DNA of 64,000 nucleotides from Amoebidium appalachense. Lineage: Eukaryota; Protista; Ichthyosporea. The notes under the pieces are model-generated. The model made no database searches. It was not told where the DNA came from and worked only from the letters and a program-made list of their open reading frames with translations. The position numbers and the translations under genes are program-made. The stretch lies in NCBI GenBank assembly GCA_963693365.1, contig CAVNZM010000008.1, forward strand, positions 7,760,830 to 7,824,829, written 5' to 3'. Positions within the stretch are counted from its first letter, which is position 1, and every line of letters starts with the position of its first letter. Positions 1-37,048 of this stretch are shown piece after piece.

Positions 1-132
1 CCCCCCCCCCCCCCCCCCAATGCTGCGTGCCAGAATTTAACCCCCCTCCCCCCCTCCCTGCCCAACCTCCCCCCTCCCCCCCCCCCCCCCTTCCCCCTGC
101 TACCCATTCATATTTCCTTATTTCCAAATTAG

Positions 133-18115
<17,983 letters not shown>

Positions 18116-18694
18116 GCGGCCGCATTTTTGGCTGGCCCTACCTAAATCTAATTTGTTCTTTTTTTCTATTTTTAGCTTCAATTAAGGAAGTAATATAAGA
18201 TAAAAATATATAAAATATATAAAAAATTAAAAAAATATGTGAGCTCGTCGGTTTTCTTCGTACGGTACGGGATTTTGGCTTTGGGATGTGCTCTTCTGGT
18301 TCGAATGTGTGTGGTTCACATGACAGGTGGTGGTGGTAGTCCCGTTGGTCTCCTTTCCATTTTCTTTCTTTTTCTTTCTTTCTTTTTCTTTCTTTTTTTT
18401 GGGGGGGGGTCTGATGTAGAGACTACGGTAGCATGTACGGATACATGAAGGGCATGGAGTCGTGATATCAGTGATACCCGTATGGACACACGTACGTCTA
18501 CATACATGTTCATGCACCCACGTACATGTATGTGCATGTACATGCACATACGTACATACACACTGACGGACATATGACACGCAATGCACACACACACAAA
18601 TGCGGAAGCAAAGCAGAATTAAAATTGCCTGAAAAAGTGGACTTTCATGCAACTTTGATTGTGAATCTTGCTCTTCCTCTCGGTATTTATCATC

Positions 18695-18950
18695 AACAAA
18701 GCACTGGGTATATTTGTGCACTCAAAGCGGCCGTATTAGTGGGTCAGTCAGGGACAATTTTAGCGTGAGATCAGTTGCCGATTTGTTCGGCACACAGAAC
18801 GAGATAAACGTGTACACACAGAGAGAGAGGGAGAGGGAGAGAGGGAGGGGGAGAGAGAGGTAGAGAGGAGAGAGGGAGAGAGGAGAAAGAGCGGGAGGGA
18901 GGGACTGTGTGTGTGTGTGTGTTTGTCCGTGTGTCTGTGTGTGTGTGTGT

Positions 18951-18986
<36 letters not shown>

Positions 18987-19747
18987 ACAAAGGGACTCGT
19001 GGAGTATGGGGTGTAGTGGTGTGTGTTGTATCCATGGTGCCACGGATAGGCAGCCAATGATTAATGGTGCTTGTGCTCCCGGACCTCGCGTCCAAATCAC
19101 CTAATTCCGCAGAGTTGACTCATACATGATTTAGCCACGACAGCACGATTAGGTATAAAGTGACCTTCTCAGGCTGAGATGTCGGTTTGTACATTTTCTT
19201 GCTTTCGTTCGCGTGATACTGCCACAAGAGTACGTCTCTATAGATCTATGAACTCGGCAATGCGCATGGCATGGGCTCCTCCGTCAACGCGTCAAAAACA
19301 CGGCCTTCTTGGATACCCATGCATGGACCTGATGGTTTGAGGATGATCGATCGAACATATTAAGCTGATATTCCTACGTTTTTTTGTTGTTTTATAAATT
19401 TATCAACCCACTGCGGCGTCGACAATGTTTTCGCCTTCAGTATGATACGTGGTACAGTAAAGGTAGGGCAGGCTGCCAGCAAGGGTTTTCTTTTCGGGAT
19501 GCGGGTACCAACAAATAGAAAAATTATTACATACAAAACAACAGCACAATTAACTGTGCAAACTCCAGTGCTAAATCAGTTCTATCATCCATGGATCCAC
19601 ATAGATTTTTCGAAGTCTTTGCCGCTGAGCACTTTACACAAACTGCGTTTTACCCCAATACATTTTTTGGGAGCAGACACCGTCTTCTTTTTCTTTCCAG
19701 TGTAATACGTACATGTGACCCACTTCGTCCAACTGGTGCCAATGGCA

Positions 19748-19785
<38 letters not shown>

Positions 19786-19896
19786 GGCGTGTACTGTCCC
19801 ACCGCCACCACCTCAGCGTGTGTACACGTGTGCCACCGGTTCAAGGTGTCTTATGTGCCACGTGTGTCTCTGGTGTGTGCACGTGCATGTGTGTGT

Positions 19897-19900
<4 letters not shown>
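18695..19900. repeat. ~1.2-kb segmental duplication, copy 1
   Basis: Nearly identical to 21490-22695 (offset about 2795). Differences are limited to a few substitutions and microsatellite or homopolymer length. Confidence 0.95.
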
Positions 19901-19945
<45 letters not shown>

Positions 19946-20077
19946 CGCGCGGGCACGCGGCGCGAATCTTCGACGCGTGTGTGGCTGTAGCACTTGTCCC
20001 TCTCCACGTTTGTGTACATGATGTATGCCGTACCTCGAAGCCAAAGGGTGTAGGGTGTGCAGAAGGCGTGCGGGGAA

Positions 20078-20110
<33 letters not shown>

Positions 20111-20619
20111 TATACCCCCATGGTCGTTAAGGGGACAGAAAATATCTCGGATGCACCGAGGATGCTAGGTTGCATTTATTAGAACCAGACCTTAGAAGGT
20201 TTATTTCACCCGCACAACTGCGAGCAGTGACCTGTTATTGAAGTCTAGAAATACGAATATAAAAGCTACTCATTGGATCTTGCGCAGTCTGCAACCACAC
20301 AGATAGTGGCTACAAATTACAGATTTAACCCTTTTTACAGCCTGGTGCGGCAGTTACGGCTACAGAACACAACCCCTCTACTCGTAGCAAATGAAAACAT
20401 GTTACACAACGTACATGGCACACCGAGTTAGGCACACTAACCCGGTCAAAACATCACTACGCCACAAGAACCACATCTTGGCGGGCTTGGTGTTGCCGTG
20501 GAATTCGTGCAAACACGTGATTGGTGAATAGAACTCACATTCGCAAGGTACGGACCAATTAGAACACAACACCGGCGGTGGGGCTGGTGTGATGCACGTG
20601 GTCGTGGGTGTGAACGTGG

Positions 20620-20763
20620 TCATGTGGACGGGTGGGTGTAGGGCACACGGTGCAAGGGTGTGCCGTTGCCCGATTGTTGTAGAAGGGACTGGAATATTGA
20701 GTCGATGCCTAGGTCCTGTGTGAGTGAGCGTGAGCGCGCCTGTGTGTGTGTGTGTGTGTCTGT

Positions 20764-20846
<83 letters not shown>

Positions 20847-20852
20847 CGTGCA

Positions 20853-20889
<37 letters not shown>

Positions 20890-21029
20890 GTGTGGATGCA
20901 GTTGTGTGCACATGCGTGTGTCTGGGCGTGCATACGTGTGGCCCAACCTGTGTGGCCTCCAAGCGGAAGGGGGAAGTGATGGGACCTGTGAGGGTGTGGG
21001 GGGAGAGAGGGGTGATGGCGGCGGGCGGG

Positions 21030-21062
<33 letters not shown>

Positions 21063-21300
21063 GTTGAGAGTCGGGATAGCTAGTCGGGATTGGGTTTGGG
21101 GTTGTGCATCCGGGGAAGAGAGGAAAGCACTGAATAAAACAGATGGAGATAGGTGTGTCATTGGAACAAAATGTTTGCCAGCAGCCCCAGCCCCCCCCCC
21201 CCCCCCTGGGGGCCCCACGCACCTCAAAAGGCACATGTTGTCTGCACACAGGACACACCCAGCGGCCTGTTCGACAGCCAAGCTGGGTATATGTCTGTGG

Positions 21301-21372
<72 letters not shown>

Positions 21373-21383
21373 ATGTGTACTGT

Positions 21384-21445
<62 letters not shown>

Positions 21446-21747
21446 TGTACTGTCAATGTGTGTGCGTCTGTGTGCGCGTGTGTGTGCCTAACAAAGCACT
21501 GGGTATATTTGTGCACTCAAAGCGGCCGTATTAGTGGGTCAGTCAGGGACAATTTTAGCGTGAGATCAGTTGCCGATTTGTTCGGCACACAGAACGAGAT
21601 AAACGTGTACACACAGAGAGAGAGAGAGAGGGAGAGAGGGAGGGGGAGAGAGAGGTAGAGAGGAGAGAGGGAGAGAGGAGAAAGAGCGGGAGGGAGGGAC
21701 TGTGTGTGTGTGTGTGTTTGTCCGTGTGTGTCTGTGTGTGTGTGTGT

Positions 21748-21780
<33 letters not shown>

Positions 21781-21900
21781 GACAAAGGGACTCGTGGAGT
21801 ATGGGGTGTAGTGGTGTGTGTTGTATCCATGGTGCCACGGATAGGCAGCCAATGATTAATGGTGCTTGTGCTCCCGGACCTCGCGTCCAAATCACCTAAT
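20620..21900 (-). pseudogene. Unprocessed pseudogene of an SP-RING/zf-MIZ (PIAS/SIZ-like SUMO E3 ligase) gene
   Basis: Exon-like pieces ~21610-21493 (SATDLTLKLSLTDPLIRPL*VHKYTQCF, GT donor), 21294-21223 (TYTQLGCRTGRWVCPVCRQHVPFE) and 20715-20620 (DLGIDSIFQSLLQQSG...*). Together they follow the SP-RING pattern SLxCPL..PxR..CxHxQCFD..WxCPVC..DLxID..FxxIL, but with an in-frame TGA at 21517-21519 and lost Cys/His ligands. Further degenerate exons may extend upstream to about 24460. Confidence 0.7.
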
Positions 21901-22542
21901 TCCGCAGAGTTGACTCATACATGATTTAGCCACGACAGCACGATTAGGTATAAAGTGACCTTCTCAGGCTGAGATGTCGGTTTGTACATTTTCTTGCTTT
22001 CGTTCGCGTGATACTGCCACAAGAGTACGTCTCTATAGATCTATGAACTCGGCAATGCGCATGGCATGGGCTCCCCCGTCAACGCGTCAAAAACACGGCC
22101 TTCTTGGATACCCATGCATGGACCTGATGGTTTGAGGATGATCGATCGAACATATTAAGCTGATATTCCTACTTTTTTTTGTTGTTTTATAAATTTATCA
22201 ACCCACTGCGGCGTCGACAATGTTTTCGCCTTCAGTATGATACGTGGTACAGTAAAGGTAGGGCAGGCTGCCAGCAAGGGTTTTCTTTTCGGGATGCGGG
22301 TACCAACAAATAGAAAAATCATTACATACAAAACAACAGCACAATTAACTGTGCAAACTCCAGTGCTAAATCAGTTCTATCATCCATGGATCCACATAGA
22401 TTTTTCGAAGTCTTTGCCGCTGAGCACTTTACACAAACTGCGTTTTACCCCAATACATTTTTTGGGAGCAGACACCGTCTTCTTTTTCTTTCCAGTGTAA
22501 TACGTACATGTGACCCACTTCGTCCAACTGGTGCCAATGGCA

Positions 22543-22579
<37 letters not shown>

Positions 22580-22695
22580 GGCGTGTACTGTCCCACCGCC
22601 ACCACCTCAGCGTGTGTACACGTGTGCCACCGGTTCAAGGTGTCTTATGTGCCACGTGTGTCTCTGGTGTGTGCACGTGCATGTGTGTGTCTCTC
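21490..22695. repeat. ~1.2-kb segmental duplication, copy 2
   Basis: Nearly identical to 18695-19900. Confidence 0.95.
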
Positions 22696-23039
22696 TGTGT
22701 GTGTGAAATGTACGTGTGTGCATGTGTGTCGGTGTGTCTGTTACTATATGTGTGTTAAATGAAGGCCAATGGGGGCCCCGGCCCCGAGCGGGGCGGGCGG
22801 GCGGGCGGAGGGGGGGGGGGGGGGGGGGGGGGGGGAGAAGATTAGAACTGGGAGGTGAGTGGAAGGTGTACACACGGGTATTTTTTATTGTTGTTTTTAT
22901 TTATTTGAGGGTGTCAAGTGTGAACGGTGCCACACTCAGTGGATGGTGCACCGTGCGTGTTATTGGTACTGTGTGTACATGCACGTGTGTGTGACTCACG
23001 GGGGAGAGGGGGGAGGGGGGGGGGGAGGCGGGCCCGGGT

Positions 23040-23414
23040 AAGGCCCAACTACATCCGCAGAGTGACTTGCAAAAAGCAGAAAGAGCGGAATCATTCTGCA
23101 AAAAGCGGGATAATTCTGCAAAAAGCAGACTGATTCTGCTTTTTGCAGAATTATCTGTTTTGAGCAGAATTTTCCCCCAAAAAGCAGTACTATTCGGCCT
23201 TCAACAGCAGATTGAATAATTCTGCCAGTTAGCAGAATAATCCTGCTAAAAGCTGAGTGAATCTGCTTTTGCGGAATCATTCTGCCAAAAGCAGAATCGC
23301 TCTGCTTTTGCAGAATAACTCTTGCTTTTGCATTTTTGCAGAATAGTTCTGCTTTTTGCAGAATAATTCTGCTCGGAGCAAGTACTATTGACTCAGCCGA
23401 TGTGGTTGGGCCCT
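23040..23414. mobile_element. TIR element filled with palindromic ~20-bp units (foldback- or hAT-like MITE), copy 1
   Basis: Ends match the TIR consensus AGGGCCCAACCACATCGGCAGAGTCAACTTGC. The interior is tandem GCAGAATNATTCTGC plus A4-5/T4-5 spacers. Homologous to 30417-30789 in the opposite orientation. Confidence 0.8.
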
Positions 23415-23677
23415 CCGGAGGGGAGGGGGGAGGGGGGGGGGGAGAGGGGGGGGGGGGGGGGGAGGGTGGGGGAAGCAAAGGGGGGATGAATAATGTGTGT
23501 GCAGAGGCTCCGAGCTTAGCGGCCGGTGCACGTGCCACGGAGCGACTGGACGGACGGTGCACCCGTTTGTGTATTCAAAAGTATGGCACATGAATTTTAA
23601 AGCAGTTGCTGTGCGCGTGCCACATTGTGGTCGTGTGTGCCATCGCAGTGTGTATGTGCCACAGTGTGTGTGTGTGT

Positions 23678-23733
<56 letters not shown>

Positions 23734-23776
23734 CAGTGTGTGTGTGTGTGTGTGTATGTGTTTGTGTGTGTGTGTA

Positions 23777-23815
<39 letters not shown>

Positions 23816-23819
23816 CAGT

Positions 23820-23863
<44 letters not shown>

Positions 23864-24671
23864 ATGTGTGTGTGTGTGCGTGTGCGCATGTGTATGACAC
23901 TGTGCGCGGGTTGCTGTCGGACACCGTGTGTGTCTGCATGTGTGCATGTGTGCATGTGTGCATGTGTACATGTGTGTGTGTGTGTGTGTGCGCGCGCGCG
24001 AGTGTGTGCGCGTGCATGTGTGCGTGCTCCTCCTCCTCCTGCTCCTCCTCCTCCTTGATTAATCTATATTGGGAGAGTGTACCGTAAGTACGGGAAGGAG
24101 GGGGGACGAAGGTGTGCCACGGGTGCGGGGGTGAAGAGGGGAAGAGGGTGGGGGGAGGGCCTCGGGGTGGGGGGGGGGGGGAGGAGCGCACTCATATACC
24201 ACATTAACTTTGCGTTCAGCAACCCTGAGCTCCTTGGGGGCGCCAGGGGTTTTGGCGGGAAAATTGAAGTCAGCTGATTGGATCTACCGGAAGGCCGCTT
24301 CAAGTTCCCCATGCACCGGCCACCGCCTCGAGATGATCAGACACCGCCTCTCACTTTAAAGCTTTCAAACGTAACTGCAATGCTTCTGGATGAAACAACT
24401 CTACGCCGCTGTGGTTCTCAAAATCCTTCTCCGTAACTACGCGTACACCAAGTGGCGGCATGTTGTCGTGTGTTTACCGTTTTCTCGTTGTGTTTTTTCG
24501 AAACTTTTTTTTTTTCGCTCTGTGTAGGTTTCTGTGGTTTTTTGGTTTGTCTACTTCCGGTAGGTAACCCCGCGGCATAAAAATAGCTCGATCTTGAATA
24601 ATGTACGCTAAATATAGAAAGCCTCGGGAGTTGCCCCCCCCCCCTCCCCCCCCTCCCCCCTCCCCCCCCCC

Positions 24672-24702
<31 letters not shown>

Positions 24703-24728
24703 ACACACCACCCACCCACCCACCCAGG

Positions 24729-24764
<36 letters not shown>

Positions 24765-25193
24765 TCCCCCTTGCATGTGCGTACGTACAGTGGATATAAC
24801 ATAGATGCATTGATGTATTCATGTAGGCAGATCAGGGGGGTCAGAAACTTAATAATCTTACCGATAACTGAGTGTGCACACATGGCTTGAGCTCGATGCA
24901 TGTACCTCCGAGTAGCGCCACGTGTACATGAATTTGTGTGTGCGTGCGTACCGTCGATATCGTGCTTGTGTATGTACTGTGTCTGCAGTGTGACATGGTG
25001 CGTGTGCGTGTGCGTGTGCGTGTGCGCCAAGGGGGGGGGGGGGGGGGGGGGGGTCGCACTGTTTTTCAAAAACCCATTTGCTTTTCTTATTCACGGTCCT
25101 CGCTTTTTTTTTTTTTTGGCCCCAAGGGGGGAGGGGAGGGGGAGGGGGGAGGGGGGGCAGGGAGGGGAGGAAGGGGGGGGCTGGGGGGAGACG

Positions 25194-25231
<38 letters not shown>

Positions 25232-25246
25232 TCAGAGAATTCGGAA

Positions 25247-25278
<32 letters not shown>

Positions 25279-26056
25279 TCAGAGAATTCGGAAGGCGGGG
25301 GGGGGGGGGGGGGGGGGGGGGGGGAGGGCCGGAGGGGTGGAAGAAGACGGGAAGAATCATCATAAAGTAGACAAAAGGGAGGTACAATTACGCAACTTAC
25401 GGCCTGGTATGTGCAGAAATTATAATCTCGCACATTATTATTGTGACATATTTCTATGTGTAGCCGAGGGATGGGGGCCCAGGGGGAAGGGGGGGTCCGG
25501 CCGGTGTGTGTGTGCGCGCGCGCGCGTGTGTGTTTGCGGGCGGGCGGAGGGGGGGGGGGGGGGGGGGGGAGAATGGTTTCGGGGGTCTTGCTTATCCGAA
25601 AGGAATAATTTCATCATTTCATCAACTATATGCAGACGTTGCATCGATATCTGAGGTTACATTTTTCACAACTGCATTTACAAAACGCAGCCACTCACTA
25701 CCCAACCCAGCGGCACTTTACTTTTTCTCTAAATTCAAAATGTCTCTAAATTCGAACTCAAGCTTTCACTATCGGTTATGTAAAACACCACTACCATTTT
25801 CGAAACCCCGCATAACTCGATACCAAACCTTAGATAACAATTTACCAAACTATGTGGATATATTGAGCGTCTCTAACAATGGCCCATACCCATATACATG
25901 ATCATAGGTCTTTTATTCCCAAATTTGGATGCTTCAGGTTCCAGAGGTAACATTAAATAAGAGAGCTGCTACCTATTAGACATTCCATTACCATATATAG
26001 ATAGCACTGTTACCGATCGCGATGCAACATTACAATACCATATACAGACATAATTG

Positions 26057-29454
<3,398 letters not shown>

Positions 29455-29683
29455 GTTCAGCCCTTTCACTCCCAATTCCTCAATGAAGTTTGTAGTTGTG
29501 CTGATGTGATTGCTTTTGGTTTCAGTTTTGTCCCACCACCACACAGTTAGTTTTGTGCTCAGCAGGTGAGTCGTGCCTTCCTTTCCTCTTTTTTTTTGCC
29601 TTTTGTCTTTCTGTTTCTTTTGTGCTTCTCGGCCGATTACGTAACATTGCGGTGAATCTCAATATCCAACCATTGATTGTATT

Positions 29684-29746
29684 TTATAGTCAAATCTGGA
29701 AAACAGATCCTTATCTATCCAATCGATAAGGGTATCCGTGACGTCA
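29684..29746 (-). promoter_or_regulatory. Putative promoter of paralog A
   Basis: On the - strand: TTGACGTCA (CRE-like) ... CCTTATCGATTGGATAGATAA (CCAAT box) ... TATAAAA. The block is conserved upstream of paralog B. Confidence 0.55.
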
Positions 29747-30225
29747 AGGGGAAACCTCGGGTGTCCTCCGGGACTCCTCCCGGGGCCTCCGGGCCCCGAG
29801 CCCGGGCCACCCCCCTCCCCCCGCCCCCCCCCCCCCCCCAACCCCCAACCCCCCTTCTCCCCCCTGCATGCATACGTTGTGGGTATGATAGATGTATGCA
29901 TGTTGGCAGGTCCGGGGGGTCATAAGGAATTTTTTATGATGTGCATGCATGGCTTGAGGTCGAGGTAGTGGTTTGTAGATGCGTCTGTGTGTACGTATAC
30001 ATGATCGTGTTTTTTCGTGTGTACAATAAATCAGTGCGTGCGTGTGCGTGTGCGTGTGCGTGTGCGCGTGTGTGCACGAAGGGGGTGGACCGTGGGTGGG
30101 GGGGGGGGGGGGGGGGGGGGGGGGGAGGGGGTGTTCGACTAACTAATTAGTACTGAGTACATGTTTGCCCCCCTTTTCCAAAACTTCATATGCTTGGCTT
30201 TTGTGGCATGGTTTTCAAGGTTTCT

Positions 30226-30259
<34 letters not shown>

Positions 30260-30416
30260 CCCCCAAAAAGAGAAAGAAATTAATGAGGGGTGGGGGAGAG
30301 GATTGGAAGAGAAGGCACGGGGAAGGGGAGGGGGGGGGGGGGGGGTCCACAAAGGGGAGGAGGTGGAGGGGGTGGAGAGGGGGACGGGGCAGGGAGGGGA
30401 GGAATTTCGGGGGGGG

Positions 30417-30789
30417 AGGGCCCAACCACATCAGTTAAGTCAACTTGCTCCGAGCAGAAGTATTCTGCAAAAAGCAGATTTTTTCTGCTAAAAGCAGAAT
30501 TATTCAGCCAAAGCATAATCAATCTGCGAAATGCAGAATTATTCTACTTCCAACAGAAAAGTAGTTTTCTGCTGTTGGAAGCAGAATAATTCTGCTTTTT
30601 GCGGAAAAATGCGGGATAGCTTTGTTAAAAGCAGAAAATTCCTGCTTTTGCAGATTAATCCTACTCAAAGCAGAATATCTCTGCTTTTGCAGAAATATTA
30701 TTTAATTCCGCTTTTTGCAGAATGATTCTGCTTTTTTGCAGAATAATTCTGCTTTTTGCAAGTTGACTCTGCCGATGTGGTTGGGCCCT
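30417..30789. mobile_element. TIR element filled with palindromic ~20-bp units, copy 2 (inverted relative to copy 1)
   Basis: AGGGCCCAACCACATC...GATGTGGTTGGGCCCT termini with a GCAGAATNATTCTGC array inside. Confidence 0.8.
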
Positions 30790-30846
30790 TGGTGGTGGTG
30801 GTGGTGGCAGTGGTGGTGGTGGTGGTGGTGGTGGTGGTGGTGGTGG

Positions 30847-30900
<54 letters not shown>

Positions 30901-31146
30901 TTGGGAGAGAAGGTGAGGGGTGTGTGCGAGGGAAGAACTTCGATGATCATAAAGTACACAATAGGGAGGTATGATTACGCAACTTTGAGTTAGTACGACC
31001 TGGTACTAACGCAGAAATTTCAATCTCACACATAATTATTGTGACGTATGCGTTTATGTGTAGCCGGGGGATGGGTGGGTGGTGGTGGTGGTGGTGGTGG
31101 TGGTGGGGGGGAGGGGGGGGGGGGGGGGGGGGGTCCGGGCCGGGGT

Positions 31147-31194
<48 letters not shown>

Positions 31195-31688
31195 GGAGGG
31201 GGGAGGGGGGGGGGGGGGGAAGGGGGGGGGCTCTTAGTTTTGGGGGCTTTGTTAGAGACCCGAGAGGTTTATTTGAAAGGGATTCTTTTATCACTGCATC
31301 AAGGACATGCAAAAGTTGCTTGAGATTATATCTTTTTCACAACCGCATTTATAAAAGGAGCCACGGCCCAAAGCAGGAGGTTTTACTTTTCTCTAAATTC
31401 AAACTTAGGCTCCGACTACCGGCTATGTAAAACACCACCACCATCATCGAAAAGCCACATGAATTGATCATAGATTACAACAACTTACCAAACTAAGTAG
31501 ATATATTGAGCATCTTTATTAATGGCTCATTCACATAGAGATGATCATATGATAGGGCCTAATCTTATTTCCCAAATTCAGGAGGCTTCAGGTTGTAGTG
31601 GTAACTACAGAGAACTGCTATCTATTGCATATTTCAGGATCAAAAAGAGCAGAAGAGGCATTCCATTTACCATATACGGATATAATCG

Positions 31689-35573
<3,885 letters not shown>

Positions 35574-35837
35574 GTTTGCCCTTTTCACTCGCAATTTCTT
35601 ACTACAGTTTGTAAGTATGCTGATGATTTTTTTCAACGATGTTTTTGTTGCCCTACCAACGTTTGTGGTATGCTTGTGGTATTCATATGCACAGTACTGC
35701 GGGTTTGAGCTCTTTGACCTTTGCAACCGTTTTGCGGACTTTCTGAACTTTCTGACTTTTCCCTTTGTGCCCTTTTTTTTGCCTTGGGCAGGTTACGCAA
35801 CATTGCGGTGGATAGCATTATCCAACCATTGAGGTCT

Positions 35838-35902
35838 CTTTATAGCTATATATGAAAACATAGGTTTATCTATCCAATCGATAAGGAGATCGATTACGTC
35901 AA
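35838..35902 (-). promoter_or_regulatory. Putative promoter of paralog B
   Basis: On the - strand: TTGACGTAA ... CCTTATCGATTGGATAGATAA ... TATAAAG, matching the block upstream of paralog A. Confidence 0.55.
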
Positions 35903-36984
35903 CGGGGGTGGGGTGGGGTGGGGTGGGGGGGGAGGGGGGGGATGCGGCCGGACCCCAGGGGCCAGGGCCTACTGGCTAGCGGCAGAGTCCACCGTATACG
36001 TACAAGCTCCGGTACGGTAGTGGACAACCGCCGACGGCAGATGTCATATAGTAGACATTAGACAGCGGCCGACAAGCACACCAGTTGTGAACATGGAAGT
36101 CACACCGTGATTCCCAAAGCCACCATAAAGTGGTCAGGCTCAGGTGGGCAGATGTGATGATCTATGTACTTGCCTTCATCAAGTATCATACCAATATTTT
36201 GATTGATGCACGGAATGTAGCTAGATGCTTGCTACTGCTAGAGGTAGCAGGTATAGAGAACCCGTTGTGCATAATTATATTCCGACCCTCTCTTCTCGGT
36301 TCTGAGCATATCATGCAAAAAAGAGCATATGTTTTAAAAAAAAAGAGACAAATAATGTGAGGTGTTGCCCTCGCGGAATGTGACACTCAATGCCCCATCC
36401 CCTCCCTCCCTTCTCCTCTGGGGGCATCCCTTCCCTTCCCTCGGCCCACCCCCAAATTTTCCTTTTGTGATAGGGGGAGTCCTCTGAAAAGCTTGATGTT
36501 TGGTGAATTTCTTTGTGTCCCGTGCTTGGGTGTGTGTGAGTGGGCGTGTTTGTATGTATGTGTGTGTGTGTGTGTGTGTGTGTGCGCGTGTGTTGTGTGT
36601 GTGCGCGCGTGCGGGCGGGCGGGCGTGCACGTGCGCCTGTGTGCGTGCCTGCGTGATTGTGTGCGTGCACGTGTGTGTGCACGTGCATGCGTGTGCTTAC
36701 GTGCACGCGTGTGTGTTCACAGCATGTGTGTGTGTGCGTGCGCGTGTGTGTGTGTGTGTGCGTGTGTGCGACTGTGTGCGTGCATGCGCGTTTGTGTTCG
36801 TGTGTGTGCCTGCGTGTGTGTGCGTGGGTGTGTGCGGGCGCCCAATTGTGTGCTTGTGTAACACTAACCCTGATGTGCCCTTTTACATAAAATACATAAA
36901 GAAATTTGCGGTTTATTGTGGCCGTCGCAGTCATTAGGCTATGCTATATTCCTAGTTTTTTTTTTCCCCCCCAAAGGTTTGTGT

Positions 36985-37048
<64 letters not shown>

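Noticed and set aside
19410-19445. Minus-strand CTGAAGGCGAAAACATTGTC resembling a hammerhead
   Set aside because: The core lacks A9 and there is essentially no stem II.
18695-22695. LTR retrotransposon or TRIM with 1.2-kb LTRs
   Set aside because: No TG..CA termini, PBS, PPT or TSD were seen, and the repeats and spacer contain spliced host-gene remnants.
23040-23414. CRISPR-like array
   Set aside because: The palindromic units are joined by A/T runs with no unique spacers, there are no cas genes, and the context is eukaryotic.
36150-36306. Possible C/D box snoRNA (GTGATGA ... CTGA)
   Set aside because: No convincing terminal stem or recognisable guide sequence.
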